Part shown: piece after piece, positions 23,361-36,696 of the stretch
Layout of the letters: the number at the start of each line of letters is the position of its first letter
Numbering within the stretch: the first letter of the stretch is position 1
Assembly: GCF_009834535.1 (NCBI RefSeq)
Contig: NC_045707.1
Coordinates: 62,002,001 to 62,066,000, forward strand
Direction of reading: 5' to 3'
Length of the DNA: 64,000 nt
Origin: Camelus ferus
Lineage: Eukaryota
Notes under the pieces: generated by a model
The model's database searches: none
Told to the model about the DNA's origin: nothing
Seen by the model: the letters and a program-made list of their open reading frames with translations, nothing else
Translations under genes and position numbers: made by a program

Positions 23361-24252
23361 AGTCAGTTACGTTACTTGTGGGTTCTCATGGATTCTGTTA
23401 GTCTTGGTTTCAGTCTTTGTCACGGTCTATTTGATTTTGTCCTTGATTAGAAGGTGTTGCCTTTATTCCAAAGGGATGTCCTTCCTGGGCTATCAGTGCA
23501 TATCTGAAATCCTCAGCAATGTGCCTTTTCTCAGAGTGAGCCATAACTGCGGTACCTTCCGTCCTTGTGTGACCACAGTTATCTCCATTCAATCTTAGTC
23601 CAGTACCACCTACTTTCTGCCAAGTCTAGTGGGGTCTTTCAGCGAGCGTGCACAGCCAAGCCCTCAGCCAAAACTCAGGGTGAACCCTCACAGAAACTTC
23701 TTGGGTCCCTTTGTTCAACTTCTTCCTTTCCAGGAACCTGCCCTGAAAATCCCATCCCCTTCAGCACTATGGATTTCTGATCTCTGCTCCCACAGCTCAG
23801 CAATGCCACTGCTACACTCAGGCTCCATTTCCCTGAGATGAGTAGAGAAATTTCTTGTACATAGAGCATTCTCTTAAAAATCACAGCACTGCTTTGCCCA
23901 TTGTTCAGTGCCTTAAAATGTTCTCATATATTTTGTCTGATTTTATAGTTATTTATGGTTGGAGATCACATAAGATACCAGTTTTTTTTTTGATGGTTGG
24001 AAATTGAATTGTCACATATATAGATTTTTATTATCATTTCAATGCTAGAAAAGTTGGCATGGTTAAAAAAAATTTGTTGTATAACTATTAATTTATCACC
24101 CTAAAACCTTTACAACCAGTAATATTTCCTGGCTTATTTATGACCCTGTTCTTGGGATATAATTGTGCTGTTGCTAAAGTTTTGGAATGCTCTGGTTTAT
24201 AGTATAAACTTTATGCTAAAATTTGTTGAAAATTTGATTTTGATATTCTAAG

Positions 24253-24348
24253 CCTGAACTTTTGGAATCCCAAACAGTCATTATATTTTACAAGTACCTG
24301 ATCCCAGAGATAAAAGGGTCACCTGTTACTGAACAAAATTCTGGAAAG
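24253..24348 (+). pseudogene. Fossil exon candidate (phase 0 to 0)
   Basis: CTAAG acceptor, consensus AAG|GTGAGT donor. Open frame PELLESQTVIIFYKYLIPEIKGSPVTEQNSGK. Confidence 0.55.
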
Positions 24349-24787
24349 GTGAGTATGTTTTCAAGACGGTTTTGAACCTTATGACCAAGAAATTAACACC
24401 ATTTTTGCTATATTTTGTTATATTTTTGATAAGGGAGCATTACCTCAAAATTTATTTTAAGTTCGAAAAGGAACATGTAGATAAAGGTATTACTGAGGAA
24501 AAAAATACACAAGAGAGTAAATCAAAACATTACCCACTAAACCAGTCTCTTCCCTAGGCTTACAGTCCCTGGGCAGAGACCATATGTCTTGTTCTCCTTT
24601 TATGTTCTTCACCTACCATCTGAGAGTCACTTTAATGCCTCGTAGAGTCCTGAATTAAACTGCAGAAATACACTTTTCTGTGTATTATCTGCTTTAAACA
24701 GGAAAAAAAAATGAGACTGGGAAAGTAAAACTAGTTTAATATCTGTCTGGAAAACTCCCATCTATATCTCACTACATACATTCTTAG

Positions 24788-24896
24788 GGAAATTTTAGTA
24801 CAAGGAGGAAGCATCCTAAGGATTCAGTTAATGTAGCAACAAAAAAAAGTATCTCAGAAGCAAATAAGCAAAAGTTCTTAAACTGTGAAACTGTTG
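24788..24896 (+). pseudogene. Fossil exon candidate (phase 0 to 1)
   Basis: TTCTTAG acceptor, TTG|GTAGGT donor. Open frame GNFSTRRKHPKDSVNVATKKSISEANKQKFLNCETV. Confidence 0.55.
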
Positions 24897-25284
24897 GTAG
24901 GTTAAAGCTTTAACCTGTAGTAAGGCTCATGCTGCTTACACCGTAAAACAGAGCTCGGTGACATGGTGATGCACTGCCCCCTCCTCAACTTCAGTTTGTA
25001 TTATATGATTATTTCCAAAGACATATTAGGTTCTGACATGGCTTTTTTTTTTTTCCTGGTAAATACATTTCAGAAAAATGAGTTTTGTGTTGACTTTCTT
25101 TTCTAGATATGATTCCCTAATGTCAATTTTAAGAAATGAACCATTATAATATTAACACACTAAAAGGAGGTAAAATTCCTAATGTTAACACATTGCATGT
25201 CTGACCTGATGCATCAAAGGTTGTGGTGTGAATGTGGTGTTACAGTTATGTGTTTTGATGATGACTTTTTTTTTTTTAAAGTAG

Positions 25285-25363
25285 AGATGAAAAGAAGGCT
25301 TCACTTCCCAATAGGATATTGACCCCCCTCCTTGTTATAATTCAAATTACTGACTTTGAGAAG
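25285..25363 (+). pseudogene. Fossil exon candidate (phase 2 to 0)
   Basis: Poly-T with AAGTAG (NAGNAG) acceptor, AAG|GTAAAC donor. Open frame DEKKASLPNRILTPLLVIIQITDFEK. Confidence 0.55.
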
Positions 25364-25668
25364 GTAAACATACCAAATGTTATCATAATCTTATAACAAA
25401 CTAGGCTTTGATTTATTTTTGCTTTCGTTACAAGCCTACTTCAAGGAATAACTAACATACAATACGTCAACCAATGAGGACAGGTTTATAAGGTTCTGTA
25501 GGTCTGGGCACTTTCTTGCATTTGAAATGAAACTAAACTAATCATTATGTAATTACCACATATGACCTTACATTAGTAATGCATCTATTAATACTTCTAT
25601 TTGCTAACAGTCAGCAATAATCAGATAATCAAGCAAATCAGTGCAATAAGATTGCTAGGGTTTGTTAG

Positions 25669-25812
25669 GAATATGAGGAGAAAATTAAATAAAATGAGAT
25701 ACACAAATGGAATATCCAGTTCAAGTATGAAGTAGAGGAAACGGAGAGCTTCTTTATAAATATTGAACCTGAGAGCGTGATCATCACGTAGCTGTGGAAG
25801 CTGAATGCATCT
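25669..25812 (+). pseudogene. Fossil exon candidate (phase 0 to 0)
   Basis: TTTGTTAG acceptor, GTAAGG donor. EYEEKIK*NEIHKWNIQFKYEVEETESFFINIEPESVIIT*LWKLNAS. Confidence 0.5.
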
Positions 25813-26440
25813 GTAAGGGTTTGTGCCAGAAGTATTTATTTGCCTCTTTCATCAAGAAGTCAGGGCAAGATAGTTCTGGGATTTTACAGTAGTTCAGCAA
25901 GAACATCTGGGACTCAGTATCCTTCTGTTATCCTGGTTGCCGACTTTTGTTATATTTCTAAATTAAATTCAGAATTGATTTGTGAAAACTCTGTGTATGA
26001 GACTTTAACATTTTCTTTGATATTTATAGTATGTTGCAATTGTTTTACTATTTTGTTATTAGTACTTTAGCTTTATTTCTTCCATTTATTGGGCCAAAGT
26101 CTTTCAATTTAGATTGTTAAATATATTGGCTTTCGATTATATTATTTCTGGTTTCATTTTAGTGATTTTACTATCCATCGATATAAACATGTTTAACATT
26201 TTCTTGTGGTGTTCCCGTAATATTTTTGTCATTTATATGAATGTGACATTTATTTTGAACTGAACAATGAATTGAGAACCCAGCTTTTGTTTTCAAAATG
26301 GCTAGGTAATTGTCTTAACACCTGCTTTTGAATAATTAATCATATCCCTAAAGATTTTAAACATACCGCTATCATCTACAAAATGCCCTCGAAAACCTTT
26401 GTTGATATCTGAGCTCTCTTTTCTGTTTATTTAATATGCA

Positions 26441-26906
26441 TCATGGGTCGTCCAAATAACTGTTCACTAGTAGCAGAAGAAGTGGTCGCTTGGCTACGAG
26501 GAACGATGAAAGTATATTATACAGTGTGTATTGAATTATACGATTAAGGTCTATTATACTGCAAAAAAGTTCTAATAGTTCAGCGAGAGGACGCTCATAC
26601 CATCAGCATCCAGTTGCAGACCCGGACTTCCTACTAGGAGTCTTTGCACAGGAGTTTAGAAGTGGAGACCTAGATGAACTGTATTCTCCAACATGCGGCT
26701 TCCTGAGGAGGGTCAGCGAGTTAGACCCTGTGTTCTATCCATCTCACCTGCAGCCTGGAAATGGCAGCCTTAAAACTACAGCCTTGAAACAGGTGCACTA
26801 CTTGAGCTTAATGTCTCTGACTCCAATTGCAAACAGCAGGACTCTGTTTGGCCAAATTCTATATCCCCCAACTACTGAATCGGAAGTAGGAATGCTTCTT
26901 ACTACA
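26441..26906 (-). mobile_element. Possible solo LTR inserted in an old L1 (L1 at ~26000-27600)
   Basis: GC/CpG-richer block. Minus strand begins TGTAGTAAG; AT-rich L1-like flanks on both sides. Confidence 0.35.
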
Positions 26907-27871
26907 TAACATTTTAAAAGTCTTTCTTGTGACATCAAAATTTAACAAAACTTAAGACTTGTATTGTTTGGGTTAACCAATATTTATCATTTCTCCTACT
27001 AGTACATACATATTTGACACTTGCTTCTTATTGGGCAGGCTCTCATAAAGAACTTTTTACGATCTTGTTCATATATTTTTTCGGTATACTTCTACTTAGA
27101 CACACACACTTTAATTACAACAGTGTTACTCCTGTTTCTGAGGACTTTTGTATTGTTAGTCATTTATTCTTCCAACAGAATTTCAAAATATATCCTTCTA
27201 AGGAAACCAAAAAGCTCTGTCAGTGTTTTAGACACACCGGTTTGATTCTATTGTTTAGTTTTGGGGGAACTTGACGTTTTTGTAAGATCGAGTTTTCTTT
27301 TCCAGGAAAAAGCCACATCTCTCTATTAATATCAATTTTTCTATTCTTCAGCAAAGTTTACAGTTTTCACCTTCTATAAGTCTTATGAAATTTCTAACTA
27401 AGAATTTAATTTTTTGAGCTTTTCTTTTTAATGGGCATTTTATGATTTATATCTGTTTCTATTAACAGACGCTTGTTTATGGAAATGTTATATTTCTGTA
27501 TTTTTCTTAAGCTGATTAATATTTTAACCAATATTTTTATTTTTAATATTTGATTCCCTGATGTTTTTAATGTAAACACATTGCCTGTGAATAAATGCCT
27601 TTAAATTGTCCATAATAAATCAATGAGGGATTGTAGTTCTACAATCATGCCACTACGAGTATTAAGTTCAGTGTCAAATGACCAAACTACTGTGTCAGAA
27701 CTGCTCACTGACTACCATTGACATTAGGATGCTATTGATTAATATATATATATATTTATTTCTGAGTTGTTAGAATATTAAATAAATTGGTATCTTAGAA
27801 TTAATGAAATACATGATTAGATTAAATGTCTATGTGCAAATCCTTTTATACCAAAATGATTCAAATCATTA

Positions 27872-28065
27872 TTTTTTTATTTTTTATTTTTTTGAGTAAA
27901 CGTAGATTTATTTAGAGAGATACATATTGCATAGAGTGTAGGCTGTTTCAAAAGGTGAGAGAAAGGCCACAAGGTGTGGGGGTTGGGTGCTCAGGTTAAA
28001 ATAAAAGTAGATACACACTCCACAGAGTGCGGGCCATCTCCGAAGACAAGGGAGCAAGAGAGGCC
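27872..28065 (-). mobile_element. Polyadenylated retrotransposed fragment resembling an ERV LTR U3/R end
   Basis: Minus-strand AATAAA (27912-27907) 13 nt before an A-rich tail; flanked by imperfect copies of the target site. Confidence 0.6.
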
Positions 28066-28080
28066 AAGCATTCTTTATTT

Positions 28081-28470
28081 ATTTATTTATTTTTAACATT
28101 TTTTTATTGATTCATAATCATTTTACAATGTTGTGTCAAATTCCAGTGTAGAACACAATTTTTCAGTTATACATGAACATGTGTATATTCATTGTCACAT
28201 TTTTTTCTCTGTGAGCTACCATAAGATCTTGTATATATTTTCCTGTGCTATACAATATAATCTTGTTTATCTATTCTACAATTTTGAAATCCCAGTTTAT
28301 CTCTTCCCAGCCCCTGCCCCCTTGGCAACCACAAGTTTATATTCTATGTCTGTGAGTCTATTTCTGTTTTGTATTTATGCTTTTTTTTTTTTTTCAGATT
28401 CCACATATGAGCGATCTCATATGGTATTTTTCTTTCTCTTTCTGGATTACTTCACTTAGAATGACATTCT
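28081..28470 (-). mobile_element. Young 5'-truncated L1 3' end
   Basis: Reverse complement closely matches 40790-41200. Perfect 15-bp TSD AAGCATTCTTTATTT (28066-28080 and 28471-28485). Confidence 0.92.
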
Positions 28471-29260
28471 AAGCATTCTTTATTTTTGAAGAATCATCTT
28501 GCTACATGTAGAGTTTTGGATTCACATTTTGCATATTTCATTTCATTGCTTTCTGATCTCCATTGTTTCTGGTAAGAAGTTACCTATATATTGTTGTTCC
28601 TATGTATATGATGAGAATTTTTTTCTTGCGAGTTTTCTGTTTTTCTATGTCTTTGGATTTCAACAGCTTGATTAGGACCTCTTGTATTATTTAGCATTGA
28701 AAGTGGAACAAAATAATCATTCATGTTACAACATGGAAGAATCTCCTTGAGCTCTCTCTCATTCTTTCTCTCTTCTCGTCAAGTTTCTACTCGCACTTTT
28801 GTAGAACAACCTAGTTATTTCCCTTAAGACATTGCATCACTTTACTAGAAAAGGCCTGGCTTCCCAGTAGGCTTCAAGAATGACAAACCCTCCAAGAAAT
28901 AAACTGTCTTGGTACCAGTGTATTTCATCACATTTAAACACTTTTTGGACTGCAACTACAGAGCTGGGACCAAAGGGACGCGACAATACAGTGAAGACTG
29001 TCAGCTATCAGTGGATCAAGAGCTCTCTGCAGAAACTGAAAGAAATGTCTTTTGTACTTTTAACCTATTACTCTCCATCAAATGTATATTATAAGAGCAA
29101 CTATACGATGCTTTGAAAGAGGGAAGAAACACATGAACGGAAGAAACATGATGAATTATAAGTAAGAAATACCTAAACTGATAAAGAATTTTTTTTTAAA
29201 AAAGTAGACAGGTGTCTAAAAAATTACCTACAACTTTCCATGTTATAATTTTATGACCAG

Positions 29261-29437
29261 AATTTATTTCACATCAACCATAACTCTATGCTGTACGGAG
29301 ACTGAGCCTACTTCTCACTGTAAGGACATGCCTGAATTCAAATTTGGGAAAGTGATAGAAAAGAGATATGCTTGTGTTCTGAATCTCATTTATCTTGTTC
29401 CATTGATTATGTCACCTGGGCAGGACTGCAATTCCAG
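29261..29437 (+). pseudogene. Fossil exon candidate (phase 2 to 2)
   Basis: ACCAG acceptor, CAG|GTGAGA donor. Fully open; coincides with ORF 29253-29441. Confidence 0.5.
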
Positions 29438-29849
29438 GTGAGACTGGAAGGATGAAAGTTTTCTAAAATCAGAAGGTCACATTCTTCCCTGGCTTCCTAC
29501 CTCAAATATAGTCAATCATTAGGAAATAACATTGAATTGAAGAAAGTTAATTTCTGTTAACTGTCTCTTACCCAGAAAACCCTTCCCTAAAAAAACCTCT
29601 ATTAGCAAGTTTCCTATCACTCACATTGTCTGTAATAGCACCATAAGAACTTCCTTTAGAGCACTGATCATACTCTTCAACTACCAACTTAATGCCGTGG
29701 CATATTGTTGCTATTGTTGTCATTGCAAATTGTCTTTAGACTTCAAGGTCCTGAGACCACTGAAGTTTTGTTTCCTATGGTAATTTAAGTTGCTCATCTT
29801 CCTTGGTGAACCTTTGCTGAAGGAAGGAAAGAATGCAGAATTTGCTCCT

Positions 29850-30300
29850 CCACTCTGATAAAGCCAGAAACAAGTACCCAAGCTATAGCTGGACAAATGT
29901 GAGGGTATAAACTCTGTGCGCTGGAGACTTGTTGTTTGCACGACCTTGGGCGTGCACTGCTCTCCTGGATGATACCCTGACAGGAAGGACTCATGTGAAT
30001 TTCTTCTTTCCCTCTGTGTATGACCTGCGAGAGGCTCTTAATGAAGATGCCCCTGCTCTCACACACACAAAAAGAGGTGGACACAAAAATGGAGAAAAAC
30101 ACCGTACGCGCCCACAAAAGAGGCAGCTCCCGCCACCTCGAATGCTAAGGCTGGCTGGCTCTCTTTTGTGAACCTAGTCCTTCTGCTGACCTCTTTGATT
30201 GCATGAGCCAGGCCCCGCTCCTTCCCATAAATTTCTTTTTAGCTAAGTTAGACACCGCTGATTGTTATTGCTTGCAACAAAAGTGTCTCAGTTTATATAC
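29850..30300 (+). mobile_element. MaLR (MLT1-type) LTR
   Basis: 3' end cataaatttctttttagctaag...ttgcttgcaacaaaagtgtctcagtttatatac. Confidence 0.6.
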
Positions 30301-31012
30301 ATGGAGATGTAGTTAGTCTTAATGTAACACAAAGAAAAGGTATTCCATTTATCAACAGCTTGATTTAAAAAACTAAAGAGGAATTTAAAAGGGAAACAGA
30401 GAGTTAGAATAAAGAATGTGAATAATTTTTCAGTGTCACCTGAGTCAGTTATTCACAGTGTTAGTTAAAATTTTTTCTTGCAAGGCAGTTCCAAATATCA
30501 ATTATACTCACATTCAACAGTAAATATTAAGATGTAGTTTCTTCTAAGGCTCAATTACTCTTAGTTACATTGAAAACAATATTACCTCCTTTGTAGGTTT
30601 ATTTTGAGGATGACAAGGGATCATGTAAAACACATAAATCAGACACATTTTAAAAAAATGTTTAGCCTCAGCACGAGCTATTCTACTCATTCATGTAAGA
30701 TGACTTTTCCAGCCCTGGCCCTTATGTGCCACTTTGTCTTCTCCATCCTTTATCCTCACTAGATTTTCCCTTCAAGAAGGGAATTGTTGCTCCTTGATTG
30801 ATCAGACTCAATTGCATTTAATTAGGCCTCGTTTCTCCAGTGAGACACATCACTGCGTTGAAACATGACGTGCATCTGAGGCTTTCCCTGTCTACTTCCT
30901 CTTCTTTCATCTTTGCCAGAAGTCTAGGTAGTCAGGAGGGTGAACTGACTTTATCATATTAGAAAAAGGATAAAGGTAGGAAGCAAGAAGACTTAAACCT
31001 GATGGATTCAGC

Positions 31013-31188
31013 TAGTGGTTCTCGTCAGAATCGCTCAGAGGGTTTGTTAAAACACCGAATGTCCGGGCGCCCTCTGCAGATTTTCCGATTCAATAGGTCT
31101 GAGGTAGAGGCTGGGGATTTGTGTTTCTAATAAGTTACTAAATGATGGTGATTCAGGCATGGTCCAGGGATGCCTCTGAGATCCCTGG
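31013..31188. mobile_element. MER5A-like DNA transposon
   Basis: agtggttctc...tcagaatcgctcagagggtttgttaaaacac...gattcaataggtctg...tttctaataagtt. Confidence 0.75.
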
Positions 31189-31393
31189 GCCTTTGAGACC
31201 CACTAATGGATGCCATTTATCAGAAATCTGCATCTGCACTGGAACTTATCAGGTACATTTTTTCATTTTTTTCCATATTTGTCTCTAAATATATATCTTT
31301 CTGTGAATTCATGGAAAGAGCTGAGTGAATGATAAGGCAAACAAATGCTAAAAATGGCCAATTAAAAATACTGCAATACATATGAAAATGTGC

Positions 31394-32156
31394 TACCATG
31401 TTTTATCATATGTAAGAGACCATTGATTGCAAGGTAAACTACTATTTTAGGTACCGTCGTGAAGAAAATATTCTCTGCCAGTTATGGTGTGATATAATTT
31501 TTTATATGTTATAGTTTTTAGTTTAGTGTTATTAAAAGCATGGTTTTACACTTATTTAATCTCATATTTTTATCATGTATTATTATCATGTAAACATAGA
31601 AGGCAAAACACAAGTGAAATAATTATTTAAGATACTCTTTAAACTTTTTATATTCAGAGTTTGATCTTCAGTTCACTTTCCCAGCCACATAAAGTGAAGC
31701 CCAAATTTTTCCACACGGCGTCATCCTGTGTGCCCTCAACAGCACCGGGGCTCCACCCTACCGGTAGAGCTGCACCTGTGACTAAGTACTTCTTAAAACT
31801 GATCCACTATTTTCTGAAAGATTTTGTTGTGAAGTATTGACCTCTTTTCTGAAATTTTGATACGGAGGTGTTCTTGCTCTTACTATAAAGCATTACTTGG
31901 CTTTCTGGCAATAGCCGGGAATCACATTCCTTCTTCAAATGGTACACAACTATTTTGCTGCAGTGGTTTCTTCATGCAATCATGAAAAAGAACCAAGTTT
32001 CAGCCTTCTTTTGCAAAAGCTAATCAAAGTTAGGTCACAACTGCTGTCTAACTGACAGTGATTGTAAGATGCCATAAGTTGGAAGACAAATCCTTATTTC
32101 AGAGATGCTAAAATATGCAAAAGAAATTATATGTCTTACTACAGAAGAAATCATAG
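31394..32156. mobile_element. Ancient Tigger (TcMar) element, Tigger13-like
   Basis: Ends taccatgttttatc...taagagaccattgattgcaag and gattgtaagatgccat...atttcagagatgctaaaat...gtcttac. Confidence 0.55.
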
Positions 32157-32189
32157 TTTCTTGGATTTTCAGAGTCTCAGGGTATCAAT

Positions 32190-34030
32190 GAGACTCCACC
32201 GCCCATTGCTCCTTACTGCAGTCGTCTACGAAGCAGTGGGTCACTTCTTCCAATTCGTCTGGATTTTAGCAACAATTCTGCCATAAATTCTGATCATTTC
32301 AATACCCATGTAATGTCCTTCTTGTCTCTCTTCTCTTCCGCGATGATCTTATACTATAATCCCCTTCTTACACTAACTCCCAAGTGAACGCTAGTAATTC
32401 CACCCCCTCTGTGATCATAACTTCAAGCAGGACACTCCCAAGCTTCCCCTGCTGTCCTTCCAGGTCACTCTTGTTTTTCAGTACCACACCTCCAGCAATT
32501 CTCTGTCAGGCCTTCGAGAAACGATCCCTTGTCTATGCAACATGCGTCATCACTGATTCTGTATTATCCCTCACAAACCTCCTATCACCACTCCCTCCTC
32601 ACGTACTTCGGGTTCCATTGTGCATCATTATCCCGACTCCCTCACCTTATTTTCTCCATTCTCCCCGTGTTTTACTCAGTTTGTATGCTGAATAATTATG
32701 CTGAGTAAACGAACTCCCTGCCTTCTGTGAACCTGTGCCTGAGCAGCTGGAAGTTGCTGGAGAAAAAAATGCACAATCCTGCTGAACGGTCTTATTTTAA
32801 TTTCGTGGCTACTCATCTCAAGTTGGCGCTGGTGCTGTTTTACATTTGTTCCCTTTTTATTCCTGCCTTGCTTTTCCCCTTCTCTTGTTTTCTTATGTAT
32901 TATTCTCAGTGACAAAAAAATAATGCTACAATAGTCCCCATTAAAAAAATAACCTCCCTTGATCCACATTCCTTAGCGCTACAGTTCCATTTCTCTGCTC
33001 TTCACAGCTATACTCCTAAAGAGTTGTTAATATTTAATATCTGCTTACTCTCATTCCATTGTCTCTTGAACCTACTTCTATGCTTTTCTTCTTACAATTC
33101 TTAAATAGGCATCAAGGTTACCAATGACCTCCCTCTTTTCAAATGCAAATAGTTCATTTTTATCTTATTCACCTACTGATATGATCACTTGCCACATATT
33201 AAAATTTTCTTCACTGTTTTCTTCTAAGACTTAATTCTTTCTTTGTTTTTCTCCTGCATAATTTTTTTTTGCTTTTTCTAAAGCTTCTTTGATGATCTCT
33301 CCTATTTTTCTGACCTTTAAACGTAGATTTTCTTCATGTCCTAAGTATTTAGTCTAGGCTCATTGTTACAGATGTTTCTATTCTGATGATTTGCACAGTT
33401 CTACCTCCAGCTGAGATAGCTCTCCTGAACTCCAAAGGTATATATTCAACTTTCTACTCAGTATTTCCTATTGCATATATCTAATCACAGCTCAAAATGA
33501 ACATGCCTAAAAATCTTTTCTGGAGGTCCTACTTTGCCAAACTTGTTTCTCTTACAACTTTGTGTCCCAGTTAATGGTGAATTTGTTCTTCACGGTAATC
33601 AAGCCTAAAACCTTGGAGTCATTCTTGACTTCACAAACTTTATCATATTCTATACCCAGTCTAAACGCAAGTATCTGTAAAATCTACATTCAGAATATAT
33701 ACAGAGTCTGACCACTGACACCTGTTTCCTTCTGACATTCGGTCTAAATTCAGTATTATTCCTCATAAAGATTATTGCAAAATTCTAACTGGTAATTCTA
33801 CTTTCATCCTTGCTCTTATGTAAGTTTTTTTTCAAAGGTACAAGGGTTTACAAATTAAAGACTGATCATGTTATCTCTGCTCCCAGACTTTCCAAAGCTT
33901 TCCTATCTCATTCAAAATTGGAAAAAAAAATCTTACAAATACTTGCAAGAATTATGTCATCTGTTGTGCTACTTCTTGACTATTCTAAATCTCTTCTATT
34001 TTCTCTCTTGCTCACTTAGCTCTGGCAGCA
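32190..34030 (+). mobile_element. Long L2 LINE fragment including ORF2 region
   Basis: Pyrimidine-rich L2 phrases: gcagctggaagttgctggagaaaaa, tcaaggttaccaatgacctcc, ctctcctgaactcca, aaccttggagtcattcttgact. Confidence 0.8.
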
Positions 34031-34199
34031 AGGCTGAAAAAAAAATCTATAACAATGTGTAACTTCAAAGCTACCAATATTGCTATAATGTTTCCCACTA
34101 AAAAAAAAAAAAAACTTTCTTTGACCCACATACCTTAAAGCTATTGTCTGAATTCACAAAGTAGGTATATCCTGAGAAACCTCAAACTGAAATTTGTTT

Positions 34200-35740
34200 C
34201 AGAGTGGCTCCAGGTTGACAGTCCCCTGAGATGCCTGGAAGAAGGAAATGCAAATCCTCTCTGGAGAAACTCATTTTTAAAACAGGTCTCAAATAATTTT
34301 TTCAGATAAAGTTTCCATTAAGTCAATGTCAAAAGTCATCGCCAGAAAAAGGCACCATAAAAAAGAACCAGGAGAAAAAAATGGACAACAAAATCTTACA
34401 GCGAAGAAATCAAATGCAGAATATAAAATATGAGTAAAGGGGCTGTTGAAATTACAACCAGAAATAGGTGACTATAAAAAATGACCAGATAGTTTTGCCT
34501 AAGGACAAACGAATGCTCTGAGAAAGAAATAATAAAACTACCTAGAGCACAAATATCCTCAAAGGATGAAATATCAGATTGTACAAAGCCAAAAAGACGA
34601 TTCTTAAATTGAAAGATAGATATAAAGAAATTACACAAAACGTAAAACAGTGAGACAAAGTGATAACAATATAAAAGGAGGATTAAAATACATAAAGCAC
34701 AGAGGAAGAAGTTCTAATTCGCATCTACCTGGAGATCTTGAAGAAGATAATAAGATGTGGAGAGGAAATATTTAACACATCATTTTTATAACTGAAAAGA
34801 AATACATTTTCAGATAAAAGAAACAATATATTTCTAGAAGAAGTGAAAAGAAATCCTTTCAAATACATCTCAGAGTGAGAATGTATCTAATTAATGTAAA
34901 GGAATTGATCTTTGAAGTAGGTAAAGGAAAAAAATCTTTGCAAAACATATATCTAATAAAGGACTAGTATCCAAAATATACAAGGAGCTCTTAAAACTCA
35001 ACAACAAGAAAATGACCTGGTTAAAAATGGGCAAAAGCTATGAATATAGACACTTCACCAAAGAAGATACACAGATAGCAAAGAAGCATACAAAAAGATG
35101 CTCAAAATCATATCTCATCAGGGAAATGCAAATATTAAAATAACAGCAAGATACCACTATGCACTTACTAGAATGGCCAAAATCCAGGACGCTGACAGCG
35201 CTATACATTGGTGAGGATGTGGAACAACAGGAACTCTAGTTTATTGCTCGTGGAAATGCAAAATGGTACGGCCACTCTGGAAGACTGACAGTTTCATTCA
35301 AAACTAAACTTACTCTTTGACCAAAGGGTCTAGCAGTTATGTTCCTTGGTATTTACCCAAATGATCTGAATATTTATTTCTATATGAGAACCAGAACACA
35401 AATGTTGATAGCAGCTTTATTCATAATTGCTAAAACGTGGAAGCATCCAAGGTGACCTTCAGTAGGTGAATGGATAAACAAATTTAAGTATATCCCTACA
35501 ATGGAATATTCTTCTGTGATGAAAAGAAATGATCTATCAAGCCATGAAAGGACACGAGGGACTTTCAATGCCTGTTTCTAAGTGTGAGAAGCCAATATAA
35601 AAAGCCTGTATACTGTAGGATTGTAACTATACGACATTCTGGAAAAGGCAAAACTATGGAGAGAGTAGCTGTCAGGGGTTTGATGCGAGAGAAGGAGGCA
35701 TGGATGTGGGAACACAGGAGATTTCTGTGTGTGTGCACAT
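34200..35740 (+). mobile_element. L1 fragments: ORF1-region piece then L1MB/MC ORF2 end
   Basis: aaaatctttgcaaaacatatatctaataaaggactagtatccaaaatata...gaggatgtggaacaacaggaactc...acgacattctggaaaaggcaaaactatgg. Confidence 0.85.
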
Positions 35741-36479
35741 ACTTCTACAGTCAGGACCAGTGCTCCAGAAGGCATGCTGGTACCTAGCTAATTGTGAGTA
35801 TTCCTGTTTTGTGTTATTTCCCTGATGGATGGTGGAAGAAGTTTGACCTTTTTTCAGGCAGTGATACCAGCATGAGAAGTCCCAGCTTAACATCAAAGTC
35901 ACCTTGAGAGTAATGTATGCAAGTAATAACACTTTAATTTGTGGCTCTGATGAAGCCTGAAATGATGAACAAGGAAATAATACTGCCTAAGAGAAGAGCA
36001 AATCAGGAAACTAGTTTTGACGAGTTGTCCTAAGCACGGGTCTCTGGGCCTGCTTCTGAGGTTTTTATGGATATATAATTGAATGAGGCCTGTTATAGGC
36101 TTCTCTGTACACATTTAGCTCTTAAAATGTTTCAGTCAATGTAACAACTTGTATATTACATCCTGCGGACAGCAGATAATTGCTCAAGCTCTCTGCTTTA
36201 CTGATTTCCTCCCAGACAGACCTGCAGGACTGCTTAACCTTTAATACTGAGCCACGAGAACTTGGCGTCTGTAAAGGGGACCTTGAAGTCCTAGCATGTC
36301 AAGTTGTACGTTAAGAAAGTGAGATAAGAGTGTTTATATGACTTGCCTAAAATCAGGGATGTTTGTTAATCTGCAGTAGACTCAAAAGGATTGTGTGGCC
36401 TGTCCCAGCTTTGGTAGACAACTAAGTTGGCAGAATGAAAGTCCTTTATCTCTCTCCCATTGTAAATTAATTTCCCCAG

Positions 36480-36696
36480 TCTAGGCAGAAGTACCCGAGA
36501 GCAGAATGGCACTCTTCACTAACTCAGTAGACCAGTCAGTCAGATGTTGCCGTCTGTTGCCATGTGGTGCGTTGTGGAGCTGACACACATTTAGCCTTTG
36601 AAGAAAGGGCATGTAATTGCATCAGTGTGCCATGAAATCCATTTAAATCTGGCAAATGTGCTGCAATGCTTTGCGAGCAATTATAAATTCACAGTG
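36480..36696 (+). pseudogene. Fossil exon candidate (phase 2 to 0)
   Basis: TTTCCCCAG acceptor, GTG|GTAGGT donor. 2 stops in 72 codons (...SQMLPSVAMWCVVELTHI*PLKKGHVIASVCHEIHLNLANVLQCFASNYKFTV). Confidence 0.55.
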
